From assembly GCA_945860255.1 (NCBI GenBank), contig CAMAQI010000002.1, positions 1 to 39,666 on the forward strand: a DNA stretch of 39,666 bases. The letters are read 5' to 3'. Shown here one piece after another: positions 9,335 through 18,284 of this stretch (positions are counted from its first letter, which is position 1; each line of letters begins with the position of its first letter). This stretch comes from Methylacidiphilum caldifontis. GTDB taxonomy: Bacteria > Verrucomicrobiota > Verrucomicrobiia > Methylacidiphilales > CAMAQI01. The notes under the pieces are model-generated. The model saw only the letters and a program-made list of their open reading frames with translations, was not told the origin of the DNA and made no database searches. The position numbers were made by a program, and so were the translations under genes.

Positions 9335-10612
9335 TTAAAAAGATCGTGCAGCCCCCATTAAAAATTTGCGCACGTTTTGCCAGCCCACTCCTTCATGATC
9401 CTCGCGGAAATGGGTGTCTAGGCTGAGAAGCATCCGGGGGTATTCATCACCTATCGCCCGCAGAGACCTCAACTCCCTCTCCAGAGTAGATTTTTCTCCC
9501 AGCAGATAGGCCACTTGAATATAGATCCGCCGCCCCTCACGTGATGCCACAAAATCAATTTCGTTCTCCCCCCATCTTCCAACTTCAACCGAATATCCAT
9601 TCGCTTTCAAGTGAAGATAAACGACCGCTTCCAGTTGAATGCCGATATCCTGATCCCGAAATCCAAGAATGGCGTTTCGGATCCCCGCATCCGCTGCATA
9701 ATATTTTTCATGCGTTTCCAGAATTTTTCGTCCCCGAAGATCATGCCGTCGAACCCGGTGCAGCACCCGTGCATCCTCAAAATATTGAAGATATTCCAAA
9801 ATGGTGTCGACGCTCGTTTTGATTTGCTGCGAGCGTAAGTAGTCCGAGATTCGTTTGGAAGAAACCGGAGACCCCGATGTATCCAAAACATATCGAAGCA
9901 CATTTTCAAGCAATCGAACATTACGGATCGCATGGCGGCTGACCACATCCTTAAGAACCACCGTGTTGCCAATCGCCGAGAGATAATCAAACACCGCCAC
10001 ATCTTCGCGTGAAAGCGCGTGAATTCCAGGCATGCCCCCGTGGCGTAAAAATCGTGCGAAGGCCTCCTCCCCCTCCTTTTCCCCAGAAAACTCGAGAAAC
10101 TCAGGATAAGTCAAAGGGTGAACCGGAATCTCAATATAGCGACCCGTTAGCGCCGTTGCGAGCTCCCCCGAAAAAACTTTTGCATTGGACCCTGTCAAAT
10201 AAACATCGACTTCCCCTTCCTTCAGTAGCGAAGCCACCGCACGCTCCCATCCCTGAATTTCCTGAACCTCATCGACCATCAGAACCTTTTTTCCCTTGGC
10301 TTTGGAAAAGCGTTGCTTGGCCTCCCGATGTAGATCCACTCCTGTTCTGATGGAGTCCCACTCCATCTTCTCTTTGTCGACCTCCAGCAATGTCATCCCC
10401 GGATAAGCTTTCTTGAGCTCCGTAGCCCAAAGTCGTAGAAGAGTGCTCTTCCCGACACGGCGCATCCCGGTCAATATCTTGATCAGCGGCTTGAAAGCAA
10501 ACTGCCCTAACACGGGCCTATAACGATTTCGATTATGCACGAAAAAGATAATATCATGCAAATTTATTCGTGTATAGTCGAAATATCTTAAATGGAATTC
10601 CCGATAGCGCAT
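9335..10612 (-). CDS. AAA+ ATPase with DUF4143-type C-terminal domain
   Basis: GMRRVGKSTLL Walker A and LMVDEVQEIQGWERAV Walker B region. The C-terminal region is typical of the archaeal-ATPase/DUF4143 family. Confidence 0.75.
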   Translation of the reverse strand: MRYREFHLRYFDYTRINLHDIIFFVHNRNRYRPVLGQFAFKPLIKILTGMRRVGKSTLLRLWATELKKAYPGMTLLEVDKEKMEWDSIRTGVDLHREAKQRFSKAKGKKVLMVDEVQEIQGWERAVASLLKEGEVDVYLTGSNAKVFSGELATALTGRYIEIPVHPLTYPEFLEFSGEKEGEEAFARFLRHGGMPGIHALSREDVAVFDYLSAIGNTVVLKDVVSRHAIRNVRLLENVLRYVLDTSGSPVSSKRISDYLRSQQIKTSVDTILEYLQYFEDARVLHRVRRHDLRGRKILETHEKYYAADAGIRNAILGFRDQDIGIQLEAVVYLHLKANGYSVEVGRWGENEIDFVASREGRRIYIQVAYLLGEKSTLERELRSLRAIGDEYPRMLLSLDTHFREDHEGVGWQNVRKFLMGAARSF

Positions 10613-10675
10613 TTATCCACCATCGGATTGAAATACATCTCTCTTCCATGATCTCCTACTTTGTCAACTGATTCT

Positions 10676-10698
10676 AGGGACAAAAGACATCATGACAC
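10676..10698. repeat. Left copy of a perfect 23-bp inverted repeat (agggacaaaagacatcatgacac)
   Basis: Exact reverse complement of 13897-13919. Confidence 0.95.
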
Positions 10699-10718
10699 GG
10701 GGCCCCTTCCGGGGCCCC
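10699..10718 (-). terminator. GC-rich hairpin downstream of the 640-aa ORF
   Basis: ggggcccc-ttcc-ggggcccc, 15 nt past the stop codon. There is no clear U-tract on the minus strand. Confidence 0.4.
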
Positions 10719-10733
10719 TTCTAGATTGTTTCA

Positions 10734-12656
10734 TTATTTTTCACTAGTACTTGATTTTCTTCTTTTTGAATCTACGAAACACTGGGCGTACTTTTTAGCC
10801 TCGTCACAAAGATCTTGATAACGCTTTAGCTGATCCCACTTTTCAATTAATGGACTTTTGTTTGGATTCTCATTCTTAAAAAAAATTGAAAATTTCTTTT
10901 TTTCCGGAGGTTTAAAAAAATGATGGAGATATTCTGTTTTCTGAACGGTCTCTTGATACTTTTCATCTGACTTCATCTTCATCATAGCGGATCTCTTTTG
11001 AGATAAAGCAGATCGACTTGGTACCTTATAGTGGATTTGACTCCACCAATGGGGAATGTTTTGGGGTTCCATTTTTTTGAGAGTCGCCAATCCTTTTTCG
11101 GCAAAACGAAGATACGCTTCCACTTTTATAACCGCTTCATCCCAATCATATTCTCCAATGGGAGAAGGTGCTAAATGAGCTCGCAATATTTTTTTGTCCT
11201 CGTGATTTCTACCATAGGTCTTACACCACACCCCGGCGAGATCTATCGCCAATTGATCCAGTGATTCCAATGAATATTTGAATGCTCTTTGATCAACACC
11301 TTTAGAGTCATCTTTGTACTCGAGCAGCCAATTTTTATTCAAGCCCGCTAGTCGGATTTTTCTTTTACCCAGTTGTTCTAAGTCTGCCCAAAAATGTGCC
11401 GCTCTTTTCTTTTGTTCCACTGGAATATCTTGTTCTTTACACAGAAAATCGCCTTGCCACGTTTCTTGAATATATTTTTTCCAAAACGCTGAGGGGGTTT
11501 TAAACTCGGGCGGATAAGAGCATTTTTTATGGATAATCTCTCTAAAAACAGACCAAACTATTTTCTTCTCTTTAACTTCCAGTCTATCAATCGCATCAAA
11601 TAAATGGAGTCCACTTAAAGTTATCGCTTTGTCCATCGTTGGGAATTCTTCACGAATATTAAAGAGAAAATCGGAGGCCGATTCTTTTCGCTGCCACGAT
11701 TCCAAATCTAAATCCTTATTGGATGTTTCAAAAAGATAAGCGAGAAGTAAATCTCCGAGGAAAGCAGCTAAGCGATCTAGGGGCTTTAAATTCTCATTAT
11801 CTTGATGATCGAGATCAACATCATTTAAAAAATCCCTCCATTTTTCTACCTGATCATTTGATAAACTTCTTTTGATCGATTGATCTCTGGATATTTTGTT
11901 ACTTCTAAAGAGATCGCACTCCACAAGCTGGTTTTCACCGACAAGCTTCTTCCATTGCGTCAAATGATCATCATTGTTGAAAATATTTTTAAATACCGAA
12001 GCCGCTTTATTTTGAGGTTGAATGGCTTTTACGGGATTGAAATTGAACCATCGGCAAAGTCGTTGAGCCTCTTTTTTTTGTTCATCTTCATCTTTCCCAT
12101 CCAGTTCAATAAGACGAACAACAATCAATTTTTCATTCAACTTTTGGGTATCTAGATTTATGGTTGATTTTATCTTTTCCCATTCTTCCTTTAAATCCAT
12201 TAAAGTGAGTTCTCTTGATCCTCGTTCCGTCGACAAGAATTCCGCATATTCCTTGTAAGCTGTTTTATCTTCTTCCTTCTTCTTTAATGTTGAATTTTGA
12301 CTAACGAGAAGCAGTCGTCTGTTCCCACTCAGTGCCACCATTTTACCCTCAATCTCAGCAACAATGGGAGGGCCACTGCTTGCATCGGGATTGCTGTTCA
12401 CTAAAAAATGCGGTTTAAAATGCTCTACGATCGATCGATTGAGCTCGATTTCACCTTCCTTTTCGTACCAGCGGTCATTTTCAATCGGGAATTCAGGATT
12501 TCTTTCAATGGGATTTCCAGTCGTCGATAAGCTTTTTTCTAATTTGGTTGAGGCGCATATATCGCCTAAATTCATAAATTTGTAATTGTAACCAACTTTC
12601 TCAAATTCTCCTCCAGATGGCTTGCATATCAGGATTTTTGAATCGGTTTCATTCAT
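10734..12656 (-). CDS. Orphan 640-aa protein with N-terminal ParB/Srx-like domain
   Basis: NPIERNPEFP ... LNRSIVEHF ... PPIVAEIEGKMVALSGNRRLLLV matches the ParB N-terminal domain layout (GxRR box). The rest is Lys/Trp-rich and helical with no recognised family. The gene is markedly AT-rich relative to its neighbours. Confidence 0.5.
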   Translation of the reverse strand: MNETDSKILICKPSGGEFEKVGYNYKFMNLGDICASTKLEKSLSTTGNPIERNPEFPIENDRWYEKEGEIELNRSIVEHFKPHFLVNSNPDASSGPPIVAEIEGKMVALSGNRRLLLVSQNSTLKKKEEDKTAYKEYAEFLSTERGSRELTLMDLKEEWEKIKSTINLDTQKLNEKLIVVRLIELDGKDEDEQKKEAQRLCRWFNFNPVKAIQPQNKAASVFKNIFNNDDHLTQWKKLVGENQLVECDLFRSNKISRDQSIKRSLSNDQVEKWRDFLNDVDLDHQDNENLKPLDRLAAFLGDLLLAYLFETSNKDLDLESWQRKESASDFLFNIREEFPTMDKAITLSGLHLFDAIDRLEVKEKKIVWSVFREIIHKKCSYPPEFKTPSAFWKKYIQETWQGDFLCKEQDIPVEQKKRAAHFWADLEQLGKRKIRLAGLNKNWLLEYKDDSKGVDQRAFKYSLESLDQLAIDLAGVWCKTYGRNHEDKKILRAHLAPSPIGEYDWDEAVIKVEAYLRFAEKGLATLKKMEPQNIPHWWSQIHYKVPSRSALSQKRSAMMKMKSDEKYQETVQKTEYLHHFFKPPEKKKFSIFFKNENPNKSPLIEKWDQLKRYQDLCDEAKKYAQCFVDSKRRKSSTSEK

Positions 12657-12710
12657 ATTGTTTAGAGGAACTAGTTAAGAGAAATTAAATTAATAGTGGT
12701 TTTGCGTCAA
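12657..12710 (-). promoter_or_regulatory. Promoter plus bipartite repeat in the 25-nt leader of the 640-aa ORF
   Basis: Minus strand reads TTGACG (12705-12710), 17 nt, TAATTT (12682-12687), then tctcttaac-tagtt-cctctaaaca (12659-12682) ending 2 nt before the ATG. Confidence 0.45.
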
Positions 12711-12924
12711 GTTTTCTGCTCCGAAATATAAGCCCATGATGCCCTCGTATATTAATAACATGAGAGAAAATCACTATCAATTCTACCGTCCAACCTCTTT
12801 TAACGCATGATATGTGGATTTGTATTCCATCAAGAAAAGACACGTAGTCTATCCGTAAGCAAAATTGCGTAATCTCTAATCAAGGAGGCAAGTTAACAAA
12901 GTATCTCCGTAATAAAGGAATCCT

Positions 12925-13167
12925 ATGCACAAACGAACTAATTATTCTCTAAACAATATTTCTCTAAACATTCAGCTCGAATTTCAATTCATCAATGAAT
13001 TCTTTGATAACTCAATCCCAGAAATTCCCTATCTACAAATAAGTAAGAATAAGCCTACTCCTGAGAGCGAAAGAATTGAAGCAATTCGTGGTGCTAATGA
13101 AGATAGCGCTGATGCCGAATGGGAAATTTACCTAGAAAACCTATCACCTCCTGATGAGGATTATTGA
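12925..13167 (+). CDS. Small acidic protein (80 aa), paralog 1
   Basis: SD-like aagga 5 nt before the ATG. The N-terminus YSLNNISLNIQLEF is shared with the 13551 ORF. Confidence 0.4.
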   Translation: MHKRTNYSLNNISLNIQLEFQFINEFFDNSIPEIPYLQISKNKPTPESERIEAIRGANEDSADAEWEIYLENLSPPDEDY

Positions 13168-13550
13168 TAAGTCACTTATAACAAAGAGTTTAAACAATTC
13201 CACTGTTTTGTAGAACCGTTTTAAGCCCAATAAAATCCACAGTAATTACCCTCGTATATTATAAGTATGAGCAAAAAATACCTCCATATCCTTAGATTAT
13301 TAAAATATTCTTATATATACCTTTACAACAGGTACTTACGAACAATTTATTTCTATTTCGAACATGTAAAAAGCTATAATAATTTACGATTGAAATTTTT
13401 TTATCCTTTTTTGGCAACTCAGTCAATTTCCTTAATTTTTCCTGTAATACTTATTGATATGAACAAAAACGTTATCAATCAACATTTGCGTAATCTTATA
13501 CCAGTGAGACATCTCATCACCATTGGTATCTAAAAGAAAAAAGGAATAAT

Positions 13551-13829
13551 ATGATCAATATAAAAATTAAAGTATATTCTCTTAACTCATTTCCTCTTAA
13601 CATTCAGATGGATTTATTCAGTGATGATCCTCTAATAGTGACTACTCCAATTGTTAGAAAAAAATCACAAAAAAAACGATATAATAACAGAAAAGAGCAA
13701 TTGTACGCAAATCCTGACGAGTATTTCGTGAGCGATCTATTGCGAGAAGGCCACATTAAATGTCCTCGTCTTGAAAGGTTCTTGTCTGCTAAAATTCAAT
13801 CTCTAAGACAATCCAAAAAGATTTCGTAA
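13551..13829 (+). CDS. Small basic protein (92 aa), paralog 2
   Basis: Same SD spacing as paralog 1. The N-terminus YSLNSFPLNIQMDLF is shared with the 12925 ORF. Confidence 0.4.
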   Translation: MINIKIKVYSLNSFPLNIQMDLFSDDPLIVTTPIVRKKSQKKRYNNRKEQLYANPDEYFVSDLLREGHIKCPRLERFLSAKIQSLRQSKKIS

Positions 13830-13896
13830 TTGTTTGAATAAGTTTAAACACTCTTTTAACTTATTCAATGTCACAACTTTTATCGTAAAAGGCGCT

Positions 13897-13919
13897 GTGT
13901 CATGATGTCTTTTGTCCCT
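13897..13919. repeat. Right copy of the perfect 23-bp inverted repeat
   Basis: gtgtcatgatgtcttttgtccct is the exact reverse complement of 10676-10698. Confidence 0.95.
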
Positions 13920-14007
13920 GCCAGCCCATTCCTTTAATAATCAATCTTTTATTAAAGAAACTTGCTATTTTCTTTAATAAGAATATTCTTATTAAAGGGT
14001 TTATCGT

Positions 14008-15168
14008 ATGATTCGATCTGAAACAGGTAATTACAGCATTTCCACTTTAGGGGGAGAGACCGTAAAAGCATTTATTCCTTTATCGCTTCCTCCTGTCCCT
14101 CCCTTGGATCTGACGGGATCTCGCCAAAGGCTACTCGAACGCGCGACGATTGCCGTCGGACGACTCGACAGTGTCGCCACATTGTTACCTGATCCGGATC
14201 TTTTTCTTTATGCGTATGTTCGTCGGGAAGCGGTTCTCTCCTCACAAATTGAAGGAACCCAATCCTCCCTGTCGGATCTTTTACTTTTTGAAATCGATGA
14301 AGTACCTGGGGTTCCTTTTGATGATGTGGTTGAAGTCTCCAATTACATCGCTGCGTTAAACCACGGGATGAATCGCCTCAAAGAAGGTTTTCCCTTGAGT
14401 ACCCGTCTTCTTCGAGAGATGCATGCTCAACTCATGTCCAGGGGTCGTGGAAGTGATAAGAATCCCGGGGAGTTTCGTCGAAGCCAAAATTGGATCGGTG
14501 GCACAAGACCGGGTAATGCACACTTTGTTCCCCCTCCACCCCATGAAGTTGATCGATGTATGGGCGATCTTGAAAAATTTCTTCATGATGATCACTCCAC
14601 TCCACTCCTCCTCAAAGCGGCTCTTGCCCATGTTCAATTTGAAACCATCCATCCCTTCCTCGATGGGAATGGACGATTGGGACGGCTCTTGATTGCTTTG
14701 CTTCTTCATGAAGGAGGCCTTCTTTCTCTTCCACTTCTTTATTTAAGTCTTTATCTCAAAAAGCATCGGAATATTTATTACGAAAAACTGGACATCGTCC
14801 GCACTCAAGGGGATTGGGAAAGCTGGTTAGATTTCTTTCTCGAAGGGGTTGAAGAAACTGCATTGGGAGCGGTTGAAACTGTTCGACGTTTGGGAGCACT
14901 TTTTGAAAAGGATCGAAAACAGGTGCAAGAAACCAAACGTCTTGCATCCAACATCCTTCGCGTCTTTCACGAATTTGAAAAACGCCCCATATTGAATTTA
15001 AAACAGATCTGCCGTGATCATCGAATGACTTTTCCAACAGCCACAAAAGCGGTTTCATCCCTCATCGAAATGGGAATCATCCGAGAAATGACCGGTCAAA
15101 AACGAAATCGATTTTTCGTTTATGATGCTTATCTCAAAATTCTGAATGAAGGGGGAGATCCTTTGTAA
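14008..15168 (+). CDS. Fic-family protein (AMPylase-type) with N-terminal inhibitory motif and C-terminal wHTH-like region
   Basis: Catalytic HPFLDGNGRLGRLL (HPFx[D/E]GNGRxxR). SSQIEG matches the (S/T)xxxE(G/N) autoinhibition motif. Confidence 0.9.
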   Translation: MIRSETGNYSISTLGGETVKAFIPLSLPPVPPLDLTGSRQRLLERATIAVGRLDSVATLLPDPDLFLYAYVRREAVLSSQIEGTQSSLSDLLLFEIDEVPGVPFDDVVEVSNYIAALNHGMNRLKEGFPLSTRLLREMHAQLMSRGRGSDKNPGEFRRSQNWIGGTRPGNAHFVPPPPHEVDRCMGDLEKFLHDDHSTPLLLKAALAHVQFETIHPFLDGNGRLGRLLIALLLHEGGLLSLPLLYLSLYLKKHRNIYYEKLDIVRTQGDWESWLDFFLEGVEETALGAVETVRRLGALFEKDRKQVQETKRLASNILRVFHEFEKRPILNLKQICRDHRMTFPTATKAVSSLIEMGIIREMTGQKRNRFFVYDAYLKILNEGGDPL

Positions 15169-15169
15169 A

Positions 15170-16264
15170 CTACGCCGTGCGCATCGGCATGATCACGTAC
15201 AGGAAGGGCTTGCTGTACTTGATGACGCCGGGGCTGAGTTCGTCGATGAAGTCGAAGAAGATTTCGTCGGAGTCAATGTGTCTCAAGGGATCTTGTAAAT
15301 AGGTCGGATTGAAGGCGATGGAGAATTCTTTCCCTTTATAATTCACAGGGATCGATTCTTTGGCCTCTCCGACTTCGGGGGTGTTGGACATGATGTCCAA
15401 ATTGTTTTGGCTGAAACTCAAGCGAATCGAATTTGTTTTATCGTTCGATAACAAGGAGACACGACGGGTGGCATTAAGGAGCAATTCGCGCTCGATGATG
15501 ATTCGATCCTTGGCCTCGGGGGGAATGACTTGTTTGTAGTTCGGATATTTTCCTTCGACGAGTTTCGAGACGAGGAAGGTCTCACCAAGATCAAAAGCGA
15601 TCTGATTGTCTGAGAGCGAAATAGTTAACGGTTCCTCTTGTCCCAAAATCCGTTGGAGTTCGTTGACCGCTTTTGTCGGAAGAATCGCATCGGTTTCATT
15701 TCCTTTGGCAAATTCCATCTCATGCTCAACAAGGGCGAGACGACGTCCATCGGTGGCGACCATCGTTAATTTGGTGTCATGGAAACTGAGGAATACACCG
15801 TTGAGAACGTAACGACTTTCGTCGTTGGAGATCGCATAAGCGGTCCGGCGAAGCATATCGCGGAAGGTCCCTTGGGTCATTTTGAACTGACGAGCGCCTT
15901 CGGTTTTTGGGAAGGCAGGAAAATCTTCTGCAGGAAGTCCAAGAATTTTGAAATAAGACGAAGCTGCTCGGATCGTCGCTTGATTCTCATCATTGACTTC
16001 AAGCGTGAGTTCGACTGCGGGAAGTTCACGGATGATACTAAAGAAACGTTTTGCTGGAAGTGTCGTTGTTCCGGGTTTAATGACTTCGCAAGGAATCGAG
16101 GCCCGAATTCCCATATCGAGATCGGTGGTCGAGATGGTCAGCTTGCCATTCTCTGCGACCAAGAGGGCATTTCCGAGGATGGGGAGGGTTGTGCGTGAGG
16201 CAACAACGTTTTGGACCATTTGTAGGCCTGCAATTAAAGCTTCTTTCCCAATGACACATTTCAT
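15170..16264 (-). CDS. dnaN: DNA polymerase III beta sliding clamp
   Basis: 364 aa. RTTLPILGNALLVAENGKLTISTTDLDMGI and the overall three-domain length are typical. Confidence 0.95.
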   Translation of the reverse strand: MKCVIGKEALIAGLQMVQNVVASRTTLPILGNALLVAENGKLTISTTDLDMGIRASIPCEVIKPGTTTLPAKRFFSIIRELPAVELTLEVNDENQATIRAASSYFKILGLPAEDFPAFPKTEGARQFKMTQGTFRDMLRRTAYAISNDESRYVLNGVFLSFHDTKLTMVATDGRRLALVEHEMEFAKGNETDAILPTKAVNELQRILGQEEPLTISLSDNQIAFDLGETFLVSKLVEGKYPNYKQVIPPEAKDRIIIERELLLNATRRVSLLSNDKTNSIRLSFSQNNLDIMSNTPEVGEAKESIPVNYKGKEFSIAFNPTYLQDPLRHIDSDEIFFDFIDELSPGVIKYSKPFLYVIMPMRTA

Positions 16265-16667
16265 ACTTTTATTCCATTCAAGAGCGGTTATTAGAAGATG
16301 GTTTTATTTCTTTATTTTAAAAGAAAGGGATCTTCTTCTTCTTAATGACGCCAATAACTTCAGAAATCGGTTCTAATTTACTGATCCCCTAAGAGTTGCC
16401 GACGAAAATAAGTTGTGGAAAAGATGGAGAATTTCTTTCGGAGGGAAAGCAAAAAGTCAGGGAGTGCTGATTTATTCGAAGTTCTTGAAAGATAAGCACA
16501 AGTTATTCCCAAAGTTGTTATCTTGAAGGGGTTCACCTAAGCTAAATTACAGAATCTTAAAGAAATTGCTCTAAGGAAAGCAGAAAAGCAGGAAATTTTT
16601 AAATACTGTCCAAAGAAAATGGTTTTTGAATTTATCCTCCCCATCCTCCCTATTGATGCAAAAATTG

Positions 16668-16704
16668 CCTTTCCTCTGCGTTCCTCTGTGCGCTCTGCGG
16701 TTAA
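16668..16704. repeat. Solo right arm of the TTAACC-type element (A1)
   Basis: cctctgcgttcctctgtgcgctctgcggttaa: three phased ctctgcg heptads ending in GGTTAA. No left arm was found. Confidence 0.7.
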
Positions 16705-16812
16705 GATTGCATTTTCTCTTCTCTTAAGTTGACGCCTATGCGACCTTTAGGGGCACAGCTGTGAAGTAGATTTTTTAGGAAGTTTACTTCATTAGAAGAG
16801 TGATGTATCTTC

Positions 16813-17643
16813 TTACCGGTTTAGGAAGTCGTTGGGGTCTTTTGTGCGGCTTTTGCCTGTGCCAGGGGTCGTTAGCATTTGATTATAAAGGGTTTTTTGG
16901 TTCTCTTTTCGTTGATTTTGATTTTCAAAAACACTCCGGTTTAAGGCTGGATTTTGAATCATTTGCGGGGTTTCAATCGGTTTAATCATCTGAACCGTTG
17001 GTAAGGTATTTAAGGGGTTTGAAATCAATGGATCACGGTTTTGCTGGATTCGATTTTGATTTTCAATCAGATTTCGATTTCTTCGGTTGAGGTCACTATT
17101 AGGTTGATCAAAGCTGCTGGGGAGAACGAATTTATTATCGAATAATTGATCATCGGACTTTGAATTTAAGTTTTTTTGAAGGCGTTCTTTACGTAATTTT
17201 TCGATCGGATCCTCCTCCTTTAACGGGAATTCCTCTGAATCGTTGTTTGAAAAATCGATCTTTTCAACCACCGTTCTGCTTTGTTTCTCAGCCGCTTTTT
17301 CATTGATCGAGTCCGAGAGCATCCCGGAAATGATCGGTTTAAATGTGATCTCGCTATTGATCGGACGAGGGGCCTCGACTTTTGCTGGGGTTTTGTTTTC
17401 GGGGTTGGAGTTATTGCGAATTAAGGAAAAGGGTTCTGTCGATTGCGGTTTCTCTGAATTCGGTTTTTCAATGGCTTGGAAGGGGTTGGTTTTATCGGCA
17501 TCACTCGCCGTTCGGTTGGCCTGGAGTTTCTGTTGTTCCTCGATGTTCTTCTGGAGCCAATTCTCCTCCTTGCCAGTGGGAGTTGATCTCTCCTCTGCGC
17601 AAAGAGTTGCAACGAGGATGATGAGGTGAAGAAAACGGGACAT
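16813..17643 (-). CDS. Secreted low-complexity (N/Q/P/K/E-rich) protein
   Basis: Signal-peptide-like MSRFLHLIILVATLCAEE followed by a long compositionally biased sequence. Confidence 0.5.
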   Translation of the reverse strand: MSRFLHLIILVATLCAEERSTPTGKEENWLQKNIEEQQKLQANRTASDADKTNPFQAIEKPNSEKPQSTEPFSLIRNNSNPENKTPAKVEAPRPINSEITFKPIISGMLSDSINEKAAEKQSRTVVEKIDFSNNDSEEFPLKEEDPIEKLRKERLQKNLNSKSDDQLFDNKFVLPSSFDQPNSDLNRRNRNLIENQNRIQQNRDPLISNPLNTLPTVQMIKPIETPQMIQNPALNRSVFENQNQRKENQKTLYNQMLTTPGTGKSRTKDPNDFLNR

Positions 17644-17728
17644 AGGATTAATGTAACGGTTTTAGAGAAAATTGCGAAAAAGAAATTTTCAATAAGTATT
17701 ATGCATTTAAGAAAGGAGAGAAGACATT

Positions 17729-17872
17729 TTAACCGCCGAGGGCGCAGAGTAACGCAGAGGAAAAACTCCTAAAACTCTCTGCAAGACTGGAATGCAGGAA
17801 AAAGAATGTTTTGGGTTTTAAAAACAAAAAATAAGAATTTACTCTGCGTATCTCTGCGCCCTCTGCGGTTAA
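17729..17872. repeat. 144-bp palindromic TTAACC element (A2), MITE-like
   Basis: ttaaccgccgagggcgcagagtaacgcagagg ... actctgcgtatctctgcgccctctgcggttaa. Each arm has three cgcagag heptads. Confidence 0.85.
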
Positions 17873-17958
17873 TCAATTTTTTTGTATTTCCCTAGTCGTT
17901 CTCTGGATTGTCGACTACTGGAAGGAGATGATCAAGACTTCAAGGATGTGGCCCGGAT

Positions 17959-17993
17959 TTGACATAGTTCTAAAAAAGACTTACTGTAATTAC
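17959..17993 (+). promoter_or_regulatory. Sigma70-like promoter placed for a leaderless mazEF transcript
   Basis: TTGACA (17959-17964), 17 nt, TACTGT (17982-17987), 6 nt, ATG(17994). Confidence 0.55.
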
Positions 17994-18284
17994 ATGAAAC
18001 CTTTTTTGGAATGTAAGTTGACGGCGATTGGGAATTCGAGGGGAATTCGGGTGCCGCAGGCGGTGATTGAAAAGTATGGGTTGGAGGGGGGAATTTTGGT
18101 GGAAACATTGGAGGATCGTCTTGTTCTTCGGCCTGCGAAACCGATGACCTCGAAGTTGTCTTGGAAAGAGACGTATAAAGCCATGGCGAAGGATGAAGGG
18201 TTGGAATCGGATTGGGCGACGGCAGATCAGGATGGGTTGGAGGAGATTCCGTGGGATGAGCCAAAGAAATCGAGGACAAAATGA
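17994..18284 (+). CDS. mazE: AbrB/MazE/SpoVT-family antitoxin
   Basis: KLTAIGNSRGIRVPQAVIEKYGL swapped-hairpin motif. Stop overlaps the toxin start (ATGA). The start at 17994 is supported by promoter geometry. Confidence 0.8.
   Translation: MKPFLECKLTAIGNSRGIRVPQAVIEKYGLEGGILVETLEDRLVLRPAKPMTSKLSWKETYKAMAKDEGLESDWATADQDGLEEIPWDEPKKSRTK

Larger units (their letters stand above)
12727..13866 (+). repeat. Imperfect tandem duplication of a ~0.5-0.65 kb module (two units)
   Basis: Both units share, in the same order, aagccca..ccctcgtatatta (12730-12754; 13223-13261), ttgcgtaatct, AAAGGAAT-5nt-ATG, the bipartite tctct(t/a)aac repeat, and gtttaaaca after the ORF. Confidence 0.7.

Noticed and set aside
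13267-13533. 88-aa ORF in the AT-rich spacer between the two small paralogous ORFs
   Set aside because: The translation is dominated by Tyr/Leu/Ile/Phe/Asn from AT-rich DNA. It has no SD and no counterpart in the first duplicated unit. It is probably non-coding leader or promoter DNA.
16265-16812. Possible oriC in the 550-bp gap upstream of dnaN (dnaA is not adjacent)
   Set aside because: Only isolated near-consensus DnaA-box-like 9-mers are present (for example tgtggaaaa at 16414-16422, ttattccca, ttatcctcc). There is no tight cluster and no obvious AT-rich unwinding repeats. It would need DnaA-box scanning with the species' consensus and a genome-wide GC-skew plot.
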